DNA of 29,124 bases, taken from positions 1 to 29,124 of IMG/VR virus record IMGVR_UViG_3300003375_000101, one strand, 5' to 3'. Positions 14,754 to 24,081 of the stretch are shown piece by piece; positions within the stretch are counted from its first letter, which is position 1; each line of letters starts with the position of its first letter. The notes beneath the pieces were generated by a model. It was given only the letters and a program-made list of their open reading frames with translations. It was not told the origin of the DNA and did not search any database. Both the position numbers and the translations under genes were made by a program. This DNA is from a virus. Its lineage: Duplodnaviria; Caudoviricetes.

Positions 14754-17273
14754 ATGTCAATTGAAAAAAGTTTATACCAAGCACCCGTAGGGATTGATGC
14801 TCTTGCATCACAAGAGTCTCCAGACATTGAAATTGAATTAGAATCCCCAGACGGAGAAGCCGTTGGTTTAGACGGACTTGAAATTGAGTTGGAATCCGAT
14901 GAGGAAGGTTTTGACGATAACCTTGTTGAATACATTGACGATAAAGTTCTAGCCACCATTGCTGGTGATTTGCTAGGAGACTTTGAGGATGACATCTCTG
15001 CCCGCAAAGACTGGATCCAGACTTATGTAGATGGTCTAGAACTCTTAGGTATGAAGATTGAAGAGCGTTCTGAACCGTGGGAAGGTGCTTGCGGTGTTTA
15101 CCACCCACTACTTTCCGAAGCTCTAGTGAAGTTTCAAGCCGAAACCATTATGGATACGTTTCCAGCGGCTGGGCCAGTAAAAACCCAAATCATTGGTAAA
15201 GAAACTCCTGAGAAAAAACAAGCGGCAGTTCGTGTTCAAGATGACATGAACTATCAATTAACAGATGTGATGAAAGAATTCCGCCCTGAACATGAGCGTA
15301 TGCTCTGGGGTTTGGGTCTTTCTGGTAACGCCTTTAAGAAGGTGTATTACGATCCAGCATTGGGTCGCCAAGTGTCTATGTTTATTCCAGCAGAGGACAT
15401 CGTAGTTCCTTATGGCGCTTCTAGCCTTGAGTCCGCGCCCCGTGTTACACACGTTATGCGTAAGACAGAGAATGAGGTTCGCCGTTTACAGATTGAGGGT
15501 TTCTACGCAGACGTAGATCTGGGTGAACCATCCACAGCCTTAGATGAAGTAGAGAAAAAAATTGCTGAGAAGATGGGCTTCCGCGCTACTGCGGATGACC
15601 GTTATAAGTTATTAGAAATTCATATTGATCTAGATCTTGAGGGTTATGAAGATGTAGATGAGGATGGAGATCCAACAGGAATCGCTTTACCTTATGTAGT
15701 AACAATTGAAAAAGGTACTGGCACTATTCTAGCCATCCGCCGTAACTGGAGACCAGAAGATGAAAAGAAACAAAAACGAAACCATTTCGTCCACTATGGG
15801 TATGTTCCTGGCTTTGGCTTCTACTGTTTTGGCCTTATCCATCTTGTCGGCGCTTTTGCTAAATCTGGTACTTCCCTTATCCGCCAGTTGGTTGATGCAG
15901 GGACATTATCAAATTTGCCAGGCGGCTTTAAGACCCGTGGGTTGCGAATCAAAGGTGATGACACCCCGATAGCTCCAGGAGAGTTCCGTGACGTAGATGT
16001 ACCGTCTGGTGTAATGCGCGACAATATTTTGCCTCTTCCATATAAAGAGCCAAGCCAAGTCCTATATTCATTACTGAATACTATTGTTGAGGAAGGTCGC
16101 CGATTTGCATCAGCAGCAGATATGCAGATTAGCGATATGTCAGCTAATTCACCAGTAGGGACAACCCTAGCTATTCTTGAGCGTACTCTTAAAGTAATGA
16201 GCGCAGTACAGGCTCGTATCCATTACTCAATGAAGCAAGAGTTATGCCTATTAAAAGATATTATTCGTGATTACACTCCAGAAGACTATAGCTATGATCC
16301 AGTAGAAGGTGATCGTAAAGCCAAACAGCACGACTATGATTTGGTAGCCGTGATCCCTGTATCAGATCCTAATGCCGCAACAATGGCACAAAAGATCGTG
16401 CAGTACCAAGCTGTATTGCAGTTAGCTCAAGGCGCACCGCAGATCTATAACTTACCGCAATTGCACCGTCAGATGCTTGACGTGCTGGGAATCCGTAATG
16501 CTGAAAAGCTAATCCCGCTAAGCGATGATCAGAAACCGCAAGATCCGATTACTGAGAACATGGATGCCTTGACAAATAAACCATTAAAAGCGTTTATTAC
16601 CCAAGACCAAGATGCTCATATTACCTCGCATCAAAACTTCCTACAGGATCCAACCACGGCTGCAATCATTGGACAAAACCCAATGGCTCAGCAAATTACT
16701 GCCGCGTTACAAGCACACATTGCAGAACACTTTGGGTTCAAATATCGCCAGCAAATTGAGCAACAACTTGGCGCTCCATTGCCTTATATTAAAGACGGAG
16801 AAGAGCAGGATCCATTGCCACCAGAGTATGAGGTTCAATTGTCCCGTTTGATTGCTCAAGCTTCTACCCAGTTGCTACAGCAAAACCAAGCGCAAGCTGC
16901 ACAACAGCAAGCACAGCAACAAGCTCAAGATCCAATCATTCAAATGCAACAGCAAGAACTCCAGATCAAAGGTCAGGATGTTCAACGCAAAGCCCAGAAA
17001 GATCAAGCCGATATCCAACTGGAAAACCGCAAGTTAGATCTAGAAGAGAAGCGTTTGGATATTGAGTCTCAGATCAAAGGCCATGAACTTGGAGCAAAAA
17101 TGGCTTACGATAAAGAAAAGCTTTATACAGAAAATGAAGTTAAAGCTACAAAAATTGGCGGAGACTTTGCCCATGCAAAAGACAAGCTTGATAAAGGTAC
17201 TGGAGTTGATGTAATGAGAATTGCAGCCGATCTGCAAAAAGCTAATACAACACCTAAAAAGGCTAAAGAATGA
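14754..17273 (+). CDS. portal protein (P22-like, with Gln-rich C-terminal barrel)
   Basis: 839 aa directly after terL. G.AFKKVYYD motif and long C-terminal coiled coil. Confidence 0.88.
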   Translation: MSIEKSLYQAPVGIDALASQESPDIEIELESPDGEAVGLDGLEIELESDEEGFDDNLVEYIDDKVLATIAGDLLGDFEDDISARKDWIQTYVDGLELLGMKIEERSEPWEGACGVYHPLLSEALVKFQAETIMDTFPAAGPVKTQIIGKETPEKKQAAVRVQDDMNYQLTDVMKEFRPEHERMLWGLGLSGNAFKKVYYDPALGRQVSMFIPAEDIVVPYGASSLESAPRVTHVMRKTENEVRRLQIEGFYADVDLGEPSTALDEVEKKIAEKMGFRATADDRYKLLEIHIDLDLEGYEDVDEDGDPTGIALPYVVTIEKGTGTILAIRRNWRPEDEKKQKRNHFVHYGYVPGFGFYCFGLIHLVGAFAKSGTSLIRQLVDAGTLSNLPGGFKTRGLRIKGDDTPIAPGEFRDVDVPSGVMRDNILPLPYKEPSQVLYSLLNTIVEEGRRFASAADMQISDMSANSPVGTTLAILERTLKVMSAVQARIHYSMKQELCLLKDIIRDYTPEDYSYDPVEGDRKAKQHDYDLVAVIPVSDPNAATMAQKIVQYQAVLQLAQGAPQIYNLPQLHRQMLDVLGIRNAEKLIPLSDDQKPQDPITENMDALTNKPLKAFITQDQDAHITSHQNFLQDPTTAAIIGQNPMAQQITAALQAHIAEHFGFKYRQQIEQQLGAPLPYIKDGEEQDPLPPEYEVQLSRLIAQASTQLLQQNQAQAAQQQAQQQAQDPIIQMQQQELQIKGQDVQRKAQKDQADIQLENRKLDLEEKRLDIESQIKGHELGAKMAYDKEKLYTENEVKATKIGGDFAHAKDKLDKGTGVDVMRIAADLQKANTTPKKAKE

Positions 17274-17455
17274 GAGAGTTTGAAATACTAACCAAGCAAT
17301 TGGACGATAGAGTAGAAAACCTTAAGGATTCTGTCGTAAACGGAAACCTTGAGTACGTGGAGTACAAAAAACTGTGCGGCGAGATCCGGGGTCTGCTAAT
17401 CGCACGGGGATTCATATTAGACCTCAAAGACAGATTGGAGAACTCGGATGAGTAA
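17270..17455 (+). CDS. conserved small protein after portal (Y....GEI.GL)
   Basis: ORF track. Overlaps both neighbours. Confidence 0.78.
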   Translation: MREFEILTKQLDDRVENLKDSVVNGNLEYVEYKKLCGEIRGLLIARGFILDLKDRLENSDE

Positions 17456-17855
17456 CAAACTAGACTTAAATCAGGCTGTAGATTTATCAGCGCTGATAGA
17501 TAAGTCAGACGAAGAAAAGGCAACGCAATTGCCAAAACCATCAGGCTACCGCATTTTATGTGCGATACCTGAAGCTGAAAAAGAACATGATGGAAGTGGT
17601 CTTTTAAAGGCAGACATTACTCTTCAGAACGAAGAGTCTTTAACTACAGTACTGTTCGTAGTGGATTTAGGCGAGGATTGCTACAAGGATCCAACCCGTT
17701 TCCCAACAGGCCCGTGGTGCAAAAAGGGCGATTTTGTATTAGTTCGCCCACATGCAGGTACACGTTTAGTCATTCATGGACGTGCATTTCGCATTATCAA
17801 CGATGACTCAGTAGAGGGCGTAGTGTCCGATCCACGAGGAATTCGACGTAAATAA
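17448..17855 (+). CDS. groES: GroES-like co-chaperonin
   Basis: P.GYRIL, SGLL mobile loop, KKGDFVL...AGT...IINDDSVEGVV. Confidence 0.85.
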   Translation: MSNKLDLNQAVDLSALIDKSDEEKATQLPKPSGYRILCAIPEAEKEHDGSGLLKADITLQNEESLTTVLFVVDLGEDCYKDPTRFPTGPWCKKGDFVLVRPHAGTRLVIHGRAFRIINDDSVEGVVSDPRGIRRK

Positions 17856-17887
17856 CTATACCTTAATAGGTAACGAAGGAGTTTTAT

Positions 17888-18847
17888 ATGGCAGAAATGC
17901 AAAAATACAAGTTTCCAGATGAAACAGAAGATGTAAAAGACGGTGATGAGTTTGAAATTGAAATTGAAGACGACACACCGGAAGCCGATAGAGGCAAAAA
18001 GGCGGCTGATCCTAGCCTAGTACAAGAGCTGGAAACAGACGAATTGGAAGAGTATTCCAAGGAAGTCAAAAGCAAAATTAAGAAGTTTAAGAAGGTTTAC
18101 CATGACGAGCGCCGTGCCAAAGAATCGGCTGAGCGTGAGCGTCAGGAAGCCATTAACGTAGCTCAGAAGCTTTATAACGAAGTAAAAGAGCTAAAAAGCA
18201 AGGTTCATAGCACCGAAGAGGTAGCGGTTGATTCATTCAAAACCAGCGCTGAACGTGAGATGGATATGGCTAAAAAGGAATATAAAGAGGCTTATGACTC
18301 TGGAGATTCCGATAAGTTGGTAGAAGCACAGGAAAAAATGACTTCCGCCAGAATGAAGCTTGAAAGAGCCGACAATGCTTTTGATAACATCAAAAACAGA
18401 AAAGCTTTACAAGAAGAAAGAAATGAAGTACAAATACAACAACAGCAGAATCAGCAGCCTGTTCGTGATCCTAAAGCAGCCAAATGGCAAGAGCGCAACT
18501 CTTGGTTTGGTCAAGATGATGAGATGACTAGTTTAGCACTCGGTCTACACGAAAAGCTTGTCAAGGAAAACGGCGTTGGATATGCTACGACTGATGAGTA
18601 TTACAAACGCATTGATAAAACAATGCGTAAGCGTTTTCCTGAAAACTTTGAGGAAGACGATACAGAAGTAGAAGAAGCGCCAAGCGTGAAGACCGCGACT
18701 CGCAAAAATAGCACGGTAGTTGCTCCTGCAACCCGTAGCACATCGTCAAAAAAGGTTCGTTTAACTACGAGCCAACAAGCAATTGCTAAAAAACTGGGCT
18801 TATCCCCAGAGCAATACGTCAAAGAACTAGTCAAAATGGAGGCCTAA
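17888..18847 (+). CDS. probable head scaffolding protein
   Basis: Acidic N-terminus, coiled coil and C-terminal LT..Q..IAKKLGLS.EQY motif. Lies between portal and capsid. Confidence 0.75.
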   Translation: MAEMQKYKFPDETEDVKDGDEFEIEIEDDTPEADRGKKAADPSLVQELETDELEEYSKEVKSKIKKFKKVYHDERRAKESAERERQEAINVAQKLYNEVKELKSKVHSTEEVAVDSFKTSAEREMDMAKKEYKEAYDSGDSDKLVEAQEKMTSARMKLERADNAFDNIKNRKALQEERNEVQIQQQQNQQPVRDPKAAKWQERNSWFGQDDEMTSLALGLHEKLVKENGVGYATTDEYYKRIDKTMRKRFPENFEEDDTEVEEAPSVKTATRKNSTVVAPATRSTSSKKVRLTTSQQAIAKKLGLSPEQYVKELVKMEA

Positions 18848-18851
18848 TCAA

Positions 18852-19298
18852 ATGGCTGAAAACAGAACTACCCGTGAATTAAATACTCGTGCAGTTTCAG
18901 AGCGTCCAAAGCAGTGGATGCCCGCAGAATTGCTCCCTGAGCCAGATAAACAGGCTGGGTATGCGTATCGTTGGATTCGTGTTTCAACACTGAACCAGGC
19001 CGATCCTAGAAATCTTTCAGGAAAACTGAGAGAAGGATGGGAACCAGTCAGGGTTGAGGAACAACCCAAGTTTCAACTGCTAGTCGATCCAACAAGTCGC
19101 TTTAAGGACAATATTGAAATCGGCGGGTTATTGCTTTGCAAGACTCCAGAAGAGTTCGTTGATCAGCGTAATACTCATTATGCTAAACAAACAGATGCTC
19201 AGACGGATGCTGTAGACAATAATTTAATGCGTCAAAGCGACCCAAGGATGCCGCTCTTTAAAGAGAACAAATCCTCGACTAGTTTTGGCAAAAATTAA
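18852..19298 (+). CDS. conserved head-module protein (YRWIR...EGWEPV...GGLLLCK)
   Basis: ORF track. GGAGG RBS. Confidence 0.75.
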   Translation: MAENRTTRELNTRAVSERPKQWMPAELLPEPDKQAGYAYRWIRVSTLNQADPRNLSGKLREGWEPVRVEEQPKFQLLVDPTSRFKDNIEIGGLLLCKTPEEFVDQRNTHYAKQTDAQTDAVDNNLMRQSDPRMPLFKENKSSTSFGKN

Positions 19299-19321
19299 TT
19301 TTTTTAATCTAGGAGTTATAA

Positions 19322-19936
19322 ATGGCTTATCCTACCGTTTCAGCCCCATACGGGCTACAGCCGATCAATTTGATTGGTGGTCAGGTATTTGCTGGTTCTA
19401 CTCGCTTAATTCCCATCGCTTCAGGTTCTACAACCGCCATTTATTATGGTGACGTTGTGCGCTTGAATACAGGTGGCACACTAAGCCGTGTTTCAACCAC
19501 ATCTTCCGCGACTGATGCAGTTGGTATTTTCTTGGGTTGTCAGTTCACAAACCCAACCACTAAGCAGTTGTTGCAACAACAGTATTACCCAGGCGCTGTA
19601 ACAGCTTCTGACATCCAAGCAGTAGTTGCGGATGATCCAGATGGCTTGTTCAAAGTTGCGGTAACTTCTGCTGGTACATCAACAATTAGCGGTGTTACTC
19701 GTGCAGTAGTTGGTCAAAACTCAGCAGTAGTATTGAGTTCTGGCAATACAACATCAGGTGATTCATACACTAGTCTCTCAGCAACAACAGGTACAGCAGC
19801 AGCATTGCCGTTCCGTATTGTTGACGTAATTCCTGAGACTACAAATGCATCAGGTTCATACACAGAAGTGATCGTTAAGTTCAACTTTGGTGTCCACACT
19901 TACTACAGCTCTGCCGCTGTAGCAACAGCAGCTTAA
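19322..19936 (+). CDS. probable capsid decoration/cement protein
   Basis: Thr/Ser/Ala-rich and directly upstream of the major capsid gene. AGGAG RBS. Confidence 0.65.
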   Translation: MAYPTVSAPYGLQPINLIGGQVFAGSTRLIPIASGSTTAIYYGDVVRLNTGGTLSRVSTTSSATDAVGIFLGCQFTNPTTKQLLQQQYYPGAVTASDIQAVVADDPDGLFKVAVTSAGTSTISGVTRAVVGQNSAVVLSSGNTTSGDSYTSLSATTGTAAALPFRIVDVIPETTNASGSYTEVIVKFNFGVHTYYSSAAVATAA

Positions 19937-19947
19937 GGAGCTAAATA

Positions 19948-20862
19948 ATGGCTATTTCACGCGCACAACTACTGAAAGAGTTGCTCCCAGGATTGAACGC
20001 TTTGTTCGGACTTGAGTATGCTCGCTACGGTGAAGAACATAAAGAGATCTACGAAACTGAGACCTCTGAGCGTTCTTTTGAAGAAGAAACAAAACTGTCA
20101 GGCTTTTCTGCTGCTCCAGTCAAAAACGAAGGCTCTGCTATTCGTTATGACAATGCACAAGAAGCTTTCACAGCTCGCTACAACCACGAAACTATCGCCC
20201 TTGGCTTTAGCTTGACTGAAGAAGCAATCGAAGACAACCTCTACGATTCTTTGTCAGCTCGCTATACTAAGGCTTTGGCTCGTGCTATGGCTTACACAAA
20301 GCAAGTTAAAGCTGCAGCCGTAATTAACAATGGTTTCAACACCAATGGTTCTTACAACGGCGGCGATGGCGTACCTTTGTACAGCACAGCACATCCATTA
20401 GTTTCTGGTGGCACAAACAGCAACACCCAATCTACTCCTGCTGACTTGAATGAGACTTCTTTGGAAGCTGCAGTTATTCAAATCGCTGGCTGGACAGATG
20501 AACGTGGTCTGTTGATTGCTGCTAAACCTAAGAAATTGATTGTTCCACCTGCATTACAGTTCGTTGCAACTCGCTTGCTCGAAACTCAATTGCGCGTTGG
20601 TACAACCGATAACGACATCAATGCAATCATGAACAATGGTTCTATTCCAGATGGTTATGCAATTAACCACTTCTTGACAGACACCAATGGTTACTATTTG
20701 ACTACTGATGTTCCAAACGGAATGAAGCACTTTGAGCGTACTCCATTGCAGAACAGCATGGACGGCGACTTTGATACTGGTAACGTCCGTTACAAGTCTC
20801 GTGAGCGTTATTCCTTTGGTTGGTCAGATCCACTCGGTATGTGGGGATCACCAGGCGCTTAA
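19948..20862 (+). CDS. major capsid protein (Mu gpT-like family, HK97 fold)
   Basis: MAISRAQLLKELLPGLNALFG...KLIVPP.L...RERYSFGWSDP. Strong RBS, followed by a terminator. Confidence 0.9.
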   Translation: MAISRAQLLKELLPGLNALFGLEYARYGEEHKEIYETETSERSFEEETKLSGFSAAPVKNEGSAIRYDNAQEAFTARYNHETIALGFSLTEEAIEDNLYDSLSARYTKALARAMAYTKQVKAAAVINNGFNTNGSYNGGDGVPLYSTAHPLVSGGTNSNTQSTPADLNETSLEAAVIQIAGWTDERGLLIAAKPKKLIVPPALQFVATRLLETQLRVGTTDNDINAIMNNGSIPDGYAINHFLTDTNGYYLTTDVPNGMKHFERTPLQNSMDGDFDTGNVRYKSRERYSFGWSDPLGMWGSPGA

Positions 20863-20881
20863 TCAGCACCTTTGTAGTAGG

Positions 20882-20914
20882 AAGACCCCGCCCAAAAAGC
20901 GGGGGTTTTTCTTT
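20882..20914 (+). terminator. rho-independent terminator after the capsid gene
   Basis: ACCCCGC-CCAAAAA-GCGGGG followed by GTTTTTCTTT. Confidence 0.85.
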
Positions 20915-20958
20915 ATAAAACTGTTGCATTATCTAAAAAAGATGTATACTTTGGTTAT

Positions 20959-21032
20959 CTGGGTGATACCAGCCTATTAGACTGCCCCAGCAGACGATAT
21001 ACCGATTAATAGGCTTAACTTGTATATAGGAG
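20959..21032 (+). ncRNA. putative double-pseudoknot 5' leader RNA
   Basis: CTGGG/CCCAG (20959-63/20986-90), AGCCTATTAG/TTAATAGGCT (20971-80/21006-15) and ATATAC/GTATAT (20997-21002/21022-27). The helices cross one another and abut the AGGAG RBS. Confidence 0.55.
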
Positions 21033-21038
21033 ATCCTC

Positions 21039-21503
21039 ATGGGATTCGCTACACACTTAGGCCCTTGGTTATTGGGTACAAATCGTTATACTTCTGGCAC
21101 TACTGGCACAACTTTAGTTAATACAGGTTGCACAGTTGTTTCTCAATCATTCCCTGTTGTATTTGGTACATTGACTGGCAGCCCAATCGCTGTTCCAGCT
21201 GGTTCACAAATCGTCGACGTTACAGTTGTTACTACAACTGTATTTAGTTCTGCAGCTACTGCAGTTTTAGATATTGGTGGTACAGCATTTACAACTACTG
21301 GCACTATTACTTCTGTTGGTTCTGTAGCTTTGGGCGCAAACGCAACTACTCCTGGCGGTTGGTTAAACGTTGGCTCTACTGATGTGCTGATTAACTACAC
21401 ATTGACTGGTACATCATTGACTACAGGTGCAGCGACTATTATTGTTACCTACGCTGTTCGTAATTCTGATGGCAGCCAGCATCCAACTACATTCCAAAAT
21501 TAA
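21039..21503 (+). CDS. virion structural protein (Thr/Gly-rich, beta-rich)
   Basis: ORF track. AGGAG RBS. P.GSQIVD motif. Located after the capsid gene. Confidence 0.7.
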   Translation: MGFATHLGPWLLGTNRYTSGTTGTTLVNTGCTVVSQSFPVVFGTLTGSPIAVPAGSQIVDVTVVTTTVFSSAATAVLDIGGTAFTTTGTITSVGSVALGANATTPGGWLNVGSTDVLINYTLTGTSLTTGAATIIVTYAVRNSDGSQHPTTFQN

Positions 21504-21509
21504 TCTTGC

Positions 21510-21526
21510 GGGGGCCTAGTGCCCCC
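21510..21526 (+). other. intergenic GC hairpin (mRNA stabiliser or weak terminator)
   Basis: GGGGGC-CTAGT-GCCCCC with no U tract. Confidence 0.5.
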
Positions 21527-21549
21527 ATTACATCTTTAGGAGATTAATT

Positions 21550-21837
21550 ATGACAATGCAATATGATGTGAAGTCAGCTTATGCTGGTACTTTACCCGCA
21601 CAACTATATACTGGCAGAATTAGATTAAAGTCTATTGTTTTTATTGGTAATGGTACAGGTGGAACTTTTACACTTTATGATGGCACAGATACTACTGGCG
21701 CTATTTTGTATCAATTTAAGTTTTCAACTGCTGTACAGCCTTTTCAAGTATTGCTTCCAGGCGAAGGAATTCTTTGTCTAAATGGTATATATGCTGTTGG
21801 AACTACATTATCAGCTATATCTATTACTTACGGATAA
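21550..21837 (+). CDS. small virion structural protein
   Basis: ORF track. AGGAG RBS. PGEGI...GIY motif. Confidence 0.7.
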   Translation: MTMQYDVKSAYAGTLPAQLYTGRIRLKSIVFIGNGTGGTFTLYDGTDTTGAILYQFKFSTAVQPFQVLLPGEGILCLNGIYAVGTTLSAISITYG

Positions 21838-21840
21838 AAA

Positions 21841-22599
21841 ATGTCAGAAACGACGCAAGCGCAGGGATCATATAATTTAGTAGGGCGGAAGATTATGTTA
21901 GGTCTTCCAACTTACGACTTTAAAGTAACTGCAAAGCTGGCCATATCGCTGGCTTCTTTTTGTACTCGTGCTATGCAGCATGGGGTTGACATCCAGATCT
22001 GTAATATTTCTGGGTGTTCTGTTGTTTCTCGGGTTCGCAACTTGATTGCTAAAGACTTTTTAGATTCAGATTGCACTGATCTTATGTTTATTGATTCGGA
22101 TATTAACTTTGAAGCTGAAGATATTTTTCGTTTAATGGCATGGAATAGTGATCCTAAAAAGGGTATTGTTGCTGGTATTCCAGTAGCCCGTAAAAAAGGT
22201 AAGACATATATCTCTACATTAGATGCTGATGAAGATGAAAACATATTCATGAATCATATGGGTTTGGTTAGAGCCAAGCGCGTAGCTACAGCATTTATGA
22301 TTATCCGCCGTGAAGTATTTGAGCAACTATATGAAGCCCATCCAGAATGGCGTTACCATGATGAGAAAAAAGTAGGCGATGAAATTACCGCTTTCTTTGA
22401 CTTTGCATTAAAAGATGGTACATATATTGGTGAAGACTTCTTGTTTTGTGACCGCGCTAGAGAACTAGGATTTGAAGTTTGGATTGATCCTACTATCAAA
22501 TTAGGTCATATGGGTATGGAAGAGTTTGCTGGTGCATTTGGTGAAGATTATCTATATCCATTAATGACCTCAATAGAATCCAAGAAAGATGCCGCATAA
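21841..22599 (+). CDS. GT-A fold (GT2-like) glycosyltransferase
   Basis: RN......FL, LMFIDSDI (DxD), FMIIRREVF, GEDFLFC, WID....LGH motifs. Confidence 0.82.
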   Translation: MSETTQAQGSYNLVGRKIMLGLPTYDFKVTAKLAISLASFCTRAMQHGVDIQICNISGCSVVSRVRNLIAKDFLDSDCTDLMFIDSDINFEAEDIFRLMAWNSDPKKGIVAGIPVARKKGKTYISTLDADEDENIFMNHMGLVRAKRVATAFMIIRREVFEQLYEAHPEWRYHDEKKVGDEITAFFDFALKDGTYIGEDFLFCDRARELGFEVWIDPTIKLGHMGMEEFAGAFGEDYLYPLMTSIESKKDAA

Positions 22600-22844
22600 T
22601 GGCAAAGACTCCCGCATGGACACGCAAGGAAGGCAAAAATCCGAATGGTGGCCTGAATGCGAAAGGTCGTGCTTCGGCAAAGGCTCAGGGTATGAATTTG
22701 AAGCCACCGCAACCAGAGGGTGGCAGTCGCAAGAAGTCTTTCTGTGCAAGAATGGAAGGTATGAAAAGCAAACTCACATCTACCAAGACAGCAAAAGATC
22801 CAGATAGTAGAATTAACAAAAGCCTTCGGGCGTGGAAGTGTTAG
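22599..22844 (+). CDS. basic conserved phage protein (DUF6321-like)
   Basis: PAW.RKEGKNP.GGLNAKGRAS...RKKSFCARM...W.C. Family name recalled from memory. Confidence 0.72.
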   Translation: MAKTPAWTRKEGKNPNGGLNAKGRASAKAQGMNLKPPQPEGGSRKKSFCARMEGMKSKLTSTKTAKDPDSRINKSLRAWKC

Positions 22845-22845
22845 T

Positions 22846-23046
22846 ATGAGCGATTTTTTTGACCATGTAAGTGAGCCTACAAAACACGTTGTTGATGCTC
22901 TGTCGTTATTAACCGTGCTAGGGACGCTTGTGAACTTTTTACCCGCTATAGCAGCCCTTTTAAGTATTGTATGGTCAGGACTTCGTATCTATGAAAGCAA
23001 AACCGTTCAAGGTTGGTTAGGAAAAGATAATGCCATCGACGAGTAA
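22846..23046 (+). CDS. small membrane protein, possibly holin-like
   Basis: Hydrophobic segment ALSLLTVLGTLVNFLPAIAALLSIVW. Confidence 0.6.
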   Translation: MSDFFDHVSEPTKHVVDALSLLTVLGTLVNFLPAIAALLSIVWSGLRIYESKTVQGWLGKDNAIDE

Positions 23047-23590
23047 AAAACAGCATAATTTTATGGAGGCTATTGCACATAGCCCAGAATTTGCTAAAAA
23101 AGCAGGAGTTCCCCAGTCTGTTGGAAGAGATTTTGCAAAAGCAGACAAAGGTAAAAAGTTTAAAGAAGGTGGCGCTATGAAACACGATGACATTAAAGAA
23201 GACAAAGTATTAATCAAAAAAGCTTTTAACATGCATGACAAACAATTGCATGAAAACAAAAAGACTGACTTAACTAAACTTAAAAAAGGTGGTATGGCTA
23301 TGAAATACGATAAAACTCCTAATCCTAGCTCTATGAGCAAGGATGTAGAAGCTGGTTCAAACAAATTAACTAAATTTGGCGAGTCTGCCGTTCAAAAGCG
23401 CGCTCACACTAAAGGCACAAACCTTGGTGATTCAGGCCCAACTAAAGGCATTATGGGTGGCGCTAAGATGGCTAAAGGCGGTATGTGCGCTGGTGGCAAG
23501 GCTACTAAGAAAATGGCTAAAGGTGGTACAGCTTCTGCTCGTGCTGATGGTATTGCTTCCAAAGGCAAGACTAAAGGTAAATGGTGCTAA
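23030..23590 (+). CDS. Lys/Gly-rich basic protein with KGG repeats
   Basis: ORF track. FKEGG, LKKGG and MAKGG x2. C-terminal RADGIASKGKTKG. Confidence 0.75.
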   Translation: MPSTSKKQHNFMEAIAHSPEFAKKAGVPQSVGRDFAKADKGKKFKEGGAMKHDDIKEDKVLIKKAFNMHDKQLHENKKTDLTKLKKGGMAMKYDKTPNPSSMSKDVEAGSNKLTKFGESAVQKRAHTKGTNLGDSGPTKGIMGGAKMAKGGMCAGGKATKKMAKGGTASARADGIASKGKTKGKWC

Positions 23591-23593
23591 ATC

Positions 23594-23833
23594 ATGCCAT
23601 ATACAGAAACTGGCACTGAAAAAGAAAAGCGGGAAGCTTATTACAAGGGTAATAAAGAACGTGGTATTCGTGCTGAAAAAGAGCGTGACTACAAAATGTT
23701 TGGAACTACCGAACAGAATATTCCTGCTGTAGACACTATGGGCAATGTAACTGGCATGAAAAAGGGTGGATCAGTATCTTCTGCCTCTAAACGTGCAGAT
23801 GGTTGCGCTATTCGTGGAAAAACAAAAGCATGA
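23594..23833 (+). CDS. basic protein with C-terminal MKKGG...RADGCAIRGKTK
   Basis: ORF track. Shares its tail motif with the upstream gene. Confidence 0.75.
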   Translation: MPYTETGTEKEKREAYYKGNKERGIRAEKERDYKMFGTTEQNIPAVDTMGNVTGMKKGGSVSSASKRADGCAIRGKTKA

Positions 23834-24081
23834 GATCTTCTCGCGGAATGGGAGCTGTAATGCCGTCTAAAATGGGAAAAGGCGTTAAGAAAGCCCGTAG
23901 AGACAGTACAGACTTTACTGAGTACGCAGAAGGTGGAAAAGTTGGTTTATATGACAACATCCATGCTAAACAAAAACGAATCAAGGCTGGCTCTGGTGAG
24001 AAAATGCGTAAGCCTGGATCTAAAGGTGCGCCTAGTAAAGCAGACTTTATTAAATCTGCTAAAACAGTGAAAAGAAAATAA
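23830..24081 (+). CDS. basic protein (MRSSRGMG...GLY.NIHAK)
   Basis: ATGA overlap at 23830. YAEGG motif. Confidence 0.75.
   Translation: MRSSRGMGAVMPSKMGKGVKKARRDSTDFTEYAEGGKVGLYDNIHAKQKRIKAGSGEKMRKPGSKGAPSKADFIKSAKTVKRK

Noticed and set aside
16870-16960. CAA/CAG-rich low-complexity tract
   Set aside because: It encodes the Gln-rich helical C-terminal region expected of P22-like portals.
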